A DNA stretch of 64,000 bases from Eledone cirrhosa (taxonomy: Eukaryota): positions 3,782,001 to 3,846,000 of the forward strand of contig OZ024747.1 of assembly GCA_964016885.1 (NCBI GenBank), given 5' to 3'. How positions within the stretch are numbered: position 1 is the first letter of the stretch; every line of letters begins with the position of its first letter. The notes under the pieces are model-generated. The model made no database searches. It worked only from the letters and a program-made list of their open reading frames with translations, and was not told where the DNA came from. The position numbers and the translations under genes were made by a program. This document shows, one piece after another, positions 55,127 to 64,000 of this stretch.

Positions 55127-56453
55127 TGCTCTGAATCAGTTATAAACATTTTTATTTGTTGAATTACCAACAAATTGAATATCCCTTCTGCTTATATATA
55201 TATATATATTTATATATGTATATATATATATGTGTATATATATGTATATATATATGTATATATATACATATATATTTATTAAAATAACAGATTAAAGTTT
55301 AAGCAAAGAATCGCTGCTTTCACCCTTAACGGGATCTTTCGAGCCCTCTTTGGATTTTAGTCTTCAAATTTATTATTATTACTATTATTATTATTATTAC
55401 TATATATATATATATTAATTATTACAGCAGATCAAAATTTTAAGCAAACAATTTCTGTTTCACTCTTTTACAGGATCTTGTGTGTGTTTGTGTGTATGTG
55501 TGTGTGCGTGTGTGTGTGCATGTGTGTGTGTGTATATATATGTGTTTATATATGTGTGCATGTGCGTATATATATGTGTATATATGTGTGTATATATGTG
55601 TATATATGTGTGTATATATGTGTGTATATATGTATATATGTGTGTGTCTGTGTGTATATATGTATATATGTGTGTGTCTGTGTGTATATATGTATATATG
55701 TGTGTGTCTGTGTGTATATATGTATATATGTGTGCGTCTGTGTGTATATATGAGTGATGTGTGTATCAGTGGAAATAACAGGTCAGTAATTCCCAGTATC
55801 AGCGTGTACAAGACATGACACATCTGTCTGCCTACCTTACACCTAACAGATGTGCTAGAAACTATTGCTTATGACACCTTCAGAAGTGTGGCAGTTGTTA
55901 CTGTGGGCTTCATGAGGGCTGTTATTGTTGTGGATTATATTGATTGAAATAGTGATGAAGGTGATAGTAGTGGTGGTGGTGGAAGTGGTGCTAGTATTAG
56001 TGATGATGGTGATTGTGGTGGTGGTGATGGTAGTGGTATTGGTGGTGGTGATGGTATTAGTGATGATGATGGTGGTGTTAGTGGTAGTGATGGTGGTGCT
56101 GGTGGTTGTGGCGGTGGTGGTGGTGATAGTATCAATAATGATGGTGGTGATGGTGGTGGTGGAGGTAATGGCATGGTTAAAGTATGGACAGAGAGAGAGA
56201 GAAAGAGAGAGAGAGAGAAAGAGAGAGAGAGTGTGTGTCTGAGAGAGAGAGAGAGAGAGAGTGGTTATGTATGATTTAAAGAAATGAGTGAGAACAAAAC
56301 AATGTGTGTGTGTATATATGTGTGTGCATGCTTGTACTGTGGTCTGTGGACTTGTGAATGTGTGTGAGCAAGGGTTGAGAGTGTGTGTGTGTGTTTATAG
56401 AGAGGTGTTGGAAGAGAGGAAAGAGCATAATATGAAGGGAGGGGGGGTATGTG

Positions 56454-56497
<44 letters not shown>

Positions 56498-56498
56498 T

Positions 56499-56534
<36 letters not shown>

Positions 56535-56535
56535 A

Positions 56536-56598
<63 letters not shown>

Positions 56599-56716
56599 TC
56601 ATCATCATCATCCTCGTTTAATGTCCATTTTCCACGCTAGTATGGGTTATATATATATATATATATCATCATCATCATCATGCTCGTTTAATGTCCATTT
56701 TCCACGCTAGTATGAG

Positions 56717-56755
<39 letters not shown>

Positions 56756-57271
56756 TATTATCCCACCCTTGCAAGCAGGGAAAAGCAGATGTGAAGTGAT
56801 GATGATGATGATATTCATGTACATATGTGATGTGTGTATATATGTCTAACTATAACTACATATAGACATATGTGTATAGAATGTTAACACAGTATTTACG
56901 CTATAATTATCTCTAAATACTGGCCTTTAAAGTCTACTGCAGTTATTATTTTTGCCATTTAATTAAGTCATTTACAATAATTTTCATAAATGAAATTATT
57001 TCTTAAGTCCACAATATTATTAATAACATAAACAACATAATCATTAATTAGTGAATCTCATGCAGTTAAACTGCACGCTATTTTAAAACTCCACTGTTTA
57101 GATTCTTGAAATTTAATTATAAATGTCTATGAAAAAAAGATGAAATTAAACAATTTAAAACAAATAAAAACACACTTAAAAAATGAGAAAGCTTCATTTA
57201 TTTAGAAAATGGACGAGTAATCAAAATTGTTCATCTCATTCTCTGTCTCTCTCATTCCCCTCCTTCTTTCT

Positions 57272-57319
<48 letters not shown>

Positions 57320-57340
57320 GTATGTATATATATACATATA

Positions 57341-57393
<53 letters not shown>

Positions 57394-57584
57394 ATGTATG
57401 TATATATATATATGTATATATATATACATGTATATATATGTATATGTATATATATGTATATATATGTATATATATGTATATGCATATATAAATATATATG
57501 TATATATATGTAAATGCATATATAAATATATATGTATATATTTATGTATATGTATATATATATGTAAATGTACATATGTGTGTG

Positions 57585-57633
<49 letters not shown>

Positions 57634-57863
57634 ATTAAGTTGATAAAACAAGAGTAACATGTTCAGATGTGGTTTATTTTATATCCAGAATAACAAGAGA
57701 TATATGAGAGGTAAATCCAGTTGCTATACTTACAGTCATCTCAGATTTAACACAACTATTCTTCCATGACGGTCACACATGGAAGCAGTTGGTGCAACGG
57801 TCAACAGTGCACTGCTCCAACGACCCTGAAAAGGGTTAGGGGACCATGATGATATATATATAT

Positions 57864-58082
57864 GAACCTAATACCTAACACCTTTCATAATTGTACTCTT
57901 CCTCAGACGAAGAGATATTATCTCGAAATATCAGATATATGAATAAATTAAGGTAAAAGACTAATTGTCAGCGCTATCTTTTGTATTTATATTCTATCTC
58001 CAAACCTGCGTTGTTCTGGTCTTCTACCTTCTAACGTTTATACCTCACTATACAATACTTCAAGTAAACTACCAATTCCTTC
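57864..58082 (+). mobile_element. Relative of the 47155-47595 element with a degenerate hammerhead (CAGACGA-A-GAGATATTATCTC-GAAA-TATCAGATA-TA)
   Basis: Clear similarity to 47405-47595 (aaggtaaaagactaattgtca...aacgtttatacctca...cttcaagt). Flanked by (TA)n. Confidence 0.65.
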
Positions 58083-58110
58083 ATATATATATATATATAT
58101 ACATATATAT

Positions 58111-58390
58111 ATCATCATCATCATCATCATCATTTCATTTTACGTCCGCGTTTTCCCTGCTTGCAAGGGTGGGACGGGAACTGATGCTGGCTTGATTTCT
58201 ACAGCTAGATGCCCTTCCTAACACCAACCTCATTTAGTGTGGGCTGGGTGCTTTTTTGCCGTGGCACCTCCACGACCACTTTTCAGTGGAATGATAGGGA
58301 CTGGGGTCCCTATCATCTCATTTCTACAGCTGAGTAAACTGGAGCAATGTGAAATAAAGTGTCTTGCTCAAGGAAACAACACATCACCCG
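58111..58390 (-). mobile_element. SINE family B
   Basis: Reverse complement of the 3641-3920 type. Confidence 0.8.
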
Positions 58391-58619
58391 ATCTAATATA
58401 TAATATATATTACTAATATATATATATATTAGTAAAAGGAAAAGAAAATGCTGACAAATTTTTCCCAGTGAAAAATAGTTTAATTAGGAATAAGTATAAA
58501 TTAGTAATAAGTATTGGTTAGTATTCAGTTTTAGTTTTAAGTTTTTACCAGTTGCGCATTTCTAATGCTTTTCAAAAATTATTTTGAGATAGAGCGCTCG
58601 TGATACATAATATATATAC

Positions 58620-58660
<41 letters not shown>

Positions 58661-59211
58661 TATACATATATATATATATATATAAATATATATATATATG
58701 TGTGTTTGTGTGTTTGTGTGAATATAGAAATACATATATATGTGATTGTAGTATGAATTTGCCTAAGTGTATATTTCTAAACTAACATTGTGTTTGTTCT
58801 AGAATATATATTAAAACTACATTTATCTTCAGAATTCATCTAGGTGACAAACGTACTTAATATTTTGTAAAAATCTCTTGGCTCAAGGCAATTAATTATA
58901 TCACATGATGAGAATTTGTAAATATAAAATCAAAACCATACTCTGGCATGGCTACAGCTAGGATGTCAAAGCTAGCTAGAATAAGGTTGTTACAATAACA
59001 GAGATGTGGTTATGTAGTAAGACATATATAGAGTAATGAATTCCTCCCCCTCACACACACATACATATATATACATATATATAAATATATATATATATAC
59101 ACAAACAGAAATAGAGGATAAATATATATATCTTCATCGCCATTATCATTTAATGTCAGCTTTCCCTGTTATATATATACATCTTTATTATAAATGTAGA
59201 AATGTAGAAAT

Positions 59212-59270
59212 GATTTCTACAGGACTAGAACTGTTTCATTCATATGATATCATCAGTTTCCTGATGATGT
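59212..59270 (-). mobile_element. Third copy of the 47.7/53.3 kb hammerhead family, with a short inversion
   Basis: ctacaggactagaactgtttcattc...tcatcag followed by tttcctgatga. Stem I is disrupted at the inversion. Confidence 0.6.
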
Positions 59271-59357
59271 CGTACAAATCTTATATGTGTGTGTATATTC
59301 GCCATACCAGGATTTAGATTAATGGTGTATATAACTCATATACTATATGTTTATATA

Positions 59358-59492
59358 TAATTGTTTCTACTTTTGGCACAAGGTCAGCAATTACTCCAGT
59401 GCATTACTGGTACTTTATCGACCGCGTAAGGACGAAAGGCAAAATTAACCTCAGCGGGATTTGAACTCAGATCGTAAAGTCCCATAACTCCT
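59358..59492 (-). mobile_element. SINE family A, partial
   Basis: Same consensus, head truncated. Confidence 0.7.
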
Positions 59493-59759
59493 TTTGATTT
59501 TTTGTGAGTATTTCTAGCTGTGATCAGCATTGGAACAGGAACAGTGGATTCCTGCGTTTCACTGTTGTTACACTTCATTAGCATTCCCTCGTCCTGAAGT
59601 TCTGGAGAATCAAAGACCATATAATCTTATAGATTATATGGTCTTTGATTCTCCGGTCTATCATAGCTTTCTTGGTGAAAGTTTGGCTTATTTATCTATA
59701 ATGCAAGTTTGACCAGATTAATATTAATTAGCAGTCACACTAACACAGTGTGACTGCTA

Positions 59760-59990
59760 ATTGCATGGGTTGGACGGGGCCGTCTCAGTACAGCATCTCT
59801 CTACTTTTTCAGTTCCTTCATCATCTCCTCTGCCAGACTTAGCGATTCGAGGTCTGCTCTCACAACCTCTGCCCAGGTCTTTCTTGGTCATCCTCTACTG
59901 TGGCTTCCTTCCACTGGGATTTCTTAGCATTTCTTAACCTATTGGTCATTGGCCATGCATGTCACAACAGAGTCTTCTCTCCTGCATACC
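59760..59990 (-). mobile_element. RTE-clade LINE 3' fragment
   Basis: Similar to the 20050-20255 and 40415-40620 relics (ccaagaaagacctgggcagaggttgtgagagcagacctc). Confidence 0.65.
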
Positions 59991-60030
59991 AACTCACATA
60001 TAGATACATACACACACACACACACACACA

Positions 60031-60077
<47 letters not shown>

Positions 60078-60716
60078 TTATGTACATATATATATATATA
60101 TCGATACATCCATGCACACACACATATACACGCATACACATATACACACACACACATATACACACATACACATATACACATATACACGTACATGCAGAAA
60201 TAATCCCTTGAGAAAAAAATGGAAAAGAGAGAGAGAAAGAGGTAGAAAGGATATAAATATGTATTGAATATGAGAATATTAAGTGAAATATATAGAGAAA
60301 GTGTGGAGATTGAGGAAATTGTTGAGTAAAAAATTGTACAGGATTAAAATATTGAAAATAACCTAAAAGATAATATGAAGCTGACAAACATACACACACG
60401 TATATATAGTGAGAACTGGAGGAAAACATGGACACACATGGAGGAAAGGAGCACATACACACATAAAAGTTGATAAGAAAGACCCTGCAGAGAAGGTGGG
60501 TGGAATACATAGCTATGAAGGTGTATCAAATATAAGTTAAGGAAATTGAAAAGTGAAGTAAATGTATACACAGCTACAGATGAAATACACACACATATAT
60601 ATATATACTGTATATATTATATATATATATATTATATTATATTATATATTTTGTATATATATATATTTCATAGATATGTATTTTATATGATATATATATT
60701 TAATATTATATATATA

Positions 60717-60767
<51 letters not shown>

Positions 60768-61040
60768 AATGGAATAGAATGAAACAAAATTTCATTTCTC
60801 ACTCTTAGTATGGCACTTACTTAAATGTAAGTATGTATGTATACGTACATACATATATGTATGTACGTATACATACATACATACTTACATTTATATATAT
60901 ATATATATATATATATGTAGGAGGTGAGTTTTATTGTAGTACAATAAAGCAATGCAGATATCGGATAAGAAGCACTCTACAGTTTGTGGGACTGGAGTAT
61001 ACATAATATAAGATCAAAAGATGGTTAAAGGAGTTCCATG

Positions 61041-61111
61041 TATTTTATTATGCGCATTTCAAAAACAAACATCATCATGCAATAATATTTGTGTTTTCAT
61101 CAGATAAAACA
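61041..61111 (-). ncRNA. Minimal type I hammerhead ribozyme, mirror copy
   Basis: Reverse complement of 61229-61299 in the left arm of the palindrome. Confidence 0.85.
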
Positions 61112-61228
61112 GGAGAACATGATATGAAGGCTAAAAAACACTTGTGGATAGTGCAGTTTTAAATCAACATATGTTGATTTAAAACTGCACCATCCACAAG
61201 TGTTTTTAGCCTTCATTTCATGTTCTCC

Positions 61229-61299
61229 TGTTTTATCTGATGAAAACACAAATATTATTGCATGATGATGTTTGTTTTTGAAATGCGCATAATAAAATA
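61229..61299 (+). ncRNA. Minimal type I hammerhead ribozyme (Penelope-like type)
   Basis: Stem I tgttttat/ataaaata. CTGATGA at 61237-61243. Stem II has 15 of 16 positions paired, GCAT loop. GAAA at 61280-61283, palindromic TGCGCA, then UA with predicted cleavage after 61291. Confidence 0.85.
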
Positions 61300-61334
61300 C
61301 ATGGAACTCCTTTAACCATCTTTTGATCTTATAT

Positions 61335-61417
<83 letters not shown>

Positions 61418-61498
61418 ATGAAGGAAGTATGGTAAGAAACCAGATGGACCATAACGCACCAGAGTACTCAATACTTAGGGCAGTAGAGTGGGTAATAG

Positions 61499-61608
61499 GA
61501 AAATGTTTGACCCCGACGGCAGAGCTCAAGCCATTTCGACGGCTATTTCTGGGCTCAGAAATAGCCGTCGAAACGGGTTGAGCTCTGCCGTCGGGGTCAA
61601 ACATTTTC
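61499..61608. repeat. GC-rich inverted repeat (53-bp arms, 4-nt loop) containing a hammerhead 3' half
   Basis: Arms 61499-61551 and 61556-61608. Right arm reads GAAA-CGG-gttgagctctg-CCG-TC. Confidence 0.85.
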
Positions 61609-61626
61609 ATATATATATATATATAA

Positions 61627-61667
<41 letters not shown>

Positions 61668-61720
61668 GTATATGCATAATTATGGTGGTTTCCAGATGGG
61701 TATCAGAAGGTGGCTACAGG

Positions 61721-61920
61721 NNNNNNNNNNNNNNNNNNNNNNNNNNNNNNNNNNNNNNNNNNNNNNNNNNNNNNNNNNNNNNNNNNNNNNNNNNNNNNNN
61801 NNNNNNNNNNNNNNNNNNNNNNNNNNNNNNNNNNNNNNNNNNNNNNNNNNNNNNNNNNNNNNNNNNNNNNNNNNNNNNNNNNNNNNNNNNNNNNNNNNNN
61901 NNNNNNNNNNNNNNNNNNNN
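61721..61920. other. Assembly gap (200 N)
   Basis: Run of N. Confidence 1.
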
Positions 61921-62252
61921 CAGCCAATATAAGCAATAAATATAAAATGGACCAGGTATTTCACTTCTAATTGCCGTTTCTTTGCAATCAGCTTAATAGA
62001 AACACACTTTTGGAAAAATTGATAAAAAATAAGAAGAGAATCTCTCAAATTTGCCAGAAATATTGACTTTGAAATCTTATTAAAATCATACATCCTTGTA
62101 TGATTTAGACATTTTTTAAAACATCCTTTTATTCTTTATATATCTTATATATATACACATTATATATTTATCATATTATATATAGATAGATATACATACA
62201 TGCAGAGGCATGTATGTATACACACATATCTCTTTCTTGCTGTATATGTATG

Positions 62253-62283
<31 letters not shown>

Positions 62284-62390
62284 ATAGTGAGAGAGAAAGA
62301 TACATACACACATGTATGTATATTGGTATGAATGTATATGGTGCTTCTGTGTTCTTTTTTAAAATAACTTCACTTGTGTGTTTGTATGTC

Positions 62391-62450
<60 letters not shown>

Positions 62451-62532
62451 CAAATATATGTTTCATTTCATGTGTGTATATGGTCATCACACATATAATT
62501 CACATATGTAGACCACTATTTTAAATGTGAAC

Positions 62533-62564
<32 letters not shown>

Positions 62565-63334
62565 GGTTGTTGCATGTGTGGGCATGATTTTGAAGAATTT
62601 GCTAAAAAGACTTTATGTCCACACACACATGTACACACATATACATACCCATATATGCACACTCATATATACATACACACACATATATACATGCACACAC
62701 ATACATATACATACATTTACATACACATATATATATATGTATACATATATCCCTTTATTTTACTTTTTAGAAAAATTGGTAAAAAAAAATTTAGGGATAG
62801 AAATCTTTTACAGTATGAAGGGGAAAAAAATCAATAAGTCCTTTATCTTAGAATATTGTTCCTTATTTGACTGTAGAATGTAAATCCATACTTCTAGAAA
62901 GAAAATATAACAATTAAGATATATAAAAAATATGAAAAAATATTTCACTTTTTCTCTTTCTCTCTTTTTCCATCTCATTATCTATCTTTATCTCTTTCAA
63001 ATTTTTTCCCCTTTTTCCATTATGTTTATTTTTTTACTTTTATTACTAAAAAAATATTTCCTTTCTTATTATATCTATTATTATTTATTTATTATTTATA
63101 TTTTTGATCATTCGATTTTTATTTTGGTGAGGGAAATATTTTTGTGGCAGTAATGTTGGTGTTTGAAGGGTGGGGAAGAAAGGATGGTTTCACTGATTCT
63201 ATTTTCTCGAATTTCTCCCTTAAAAAAATTATTTTCCGATATTTTTTTATTACAAATTCTTTTTATTATAATATATATATGTATATATATTTTTTTTCTG
63301 CTGAAAAGATATTAAAATTTTTCGTTGATCAAAT

Positions 63335-63722
63335 GTGGCAGTGGTGGCGGTGGAGGTGGTGGTGGTGGTGGAGGTGGTGGCAGTGGTGGTGGTGGTGATG
63401 GTGCAGGTGGTGGTGGAGGTGGCGGTGGTGGCAGTGGTGGTGGTGGTGGTGGTAGTGGCAGTGGTGGTGGTGGTGATGGTGGAGGTGGTGGTGGTAGTGA
63501 TGGTGGAGGTGGTGGTGGTGGTGGTGGTGGTGGTGGTGGTGGTGGCGGCGGTGGTGGTGGTAGTGGTGATGGTGGTGTGGTGGTGGTGGTAGTGGCAGTG
63601 GTGGTGGTAGTGATGGTGGAGGTGGTGGTGGTGGTGGTGGTGGTGGCGGCGGTGGTGGTGGTGGTGATGGTGGTGGTAGTGGTGATGGTGGTGTGGTGGT
63701 GGTGGTGGTGGTGGTGGTGGCA
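63335..63722. repeat. (GGT)n-rich microsatellite
   Basis: Seen directly. Similar tracts at 16100-16395 and 55950-56170. Confidence 0.9.
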
Positions 63723-64000
63723 GTGAAGCTGAAAGGGATGGTAGAATGGTATGTTGGTGGTGGATGAAATAAAAAAAAAAAAAGTCACTGCTATGTTCGA
63801 TAATGTAAACGCTGTGTCTATAATTCCAGTTTTATCTTATAAATTTAAGCAACAGCAGCATTCACAATATACATAAAATGAATACAAAATGATAGCAACA
63901 ACAACAACAATATTGTAATAATAATAATAATAATAATAATGATGATAATGATAATATGGATATATATAAAAATGAGAATTTCAAATGGTAAGAACAAGGC

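Larger units (their letters stand above)
61003..61337. repeat. Near-perfect palindrome, about 168-bp arms, no spacer
   Basis: Centre aaatcaacat|atgttgattt at 61170/61171. Three differences between the arms. Confidence 0.92.

Noticed and set aside
58545-58570. Minus-strand GAAA-TGCGCA ribozyme half
   Set aside because: No CUGANGA box and the U16.1 position is missing; probably a remnant of the same element class.
61666-62093. ORFs spanning X residues
   Set aside because: Artefacts of the N gap.

Overview
Eukaryotic, AT-rich, microsatellite-saturated DNA. The repeat content and gene type strongly suggest a coleoid cephalopod (Octopus-like); this is an inference. One protein-coding gene is supported: a + strand protocadherin. 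Its large exon (CDS 6020-8437) encodes a signal peptide, 6 cadherin repeats, a TM helix and polyQ. Two phase-compatible cytoplasmic exons lie at 18933-19083 and 29770-30038, giving about 945 aa; the last is absent from the ORF track, and an alternative terminal exon at 30326-30451 is possible. The rest is tRNA-derived SINEs, RTE, R4/Dong-like and L1/Tx1-like LINE relics, a mariner relic, minisatellites, microsatellites and a 200-N gap. The most striking signal is a set of short, non-coding elements from several unrelated families, each embedded in (TA)n. They carry minimal type I hammerhead ribozyme motifs (CUGANGA...GAAA-palindrome-UH), are often folded back into long inverted repeats, and share a GAGYRCTC-like motif about 35-55 nt from the (TA)n junction. 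They look like non-autonomous or truncated Penelope-like retroelements targeting TA microsatellites. All structures were read by eye; no searches or folding programs were run.
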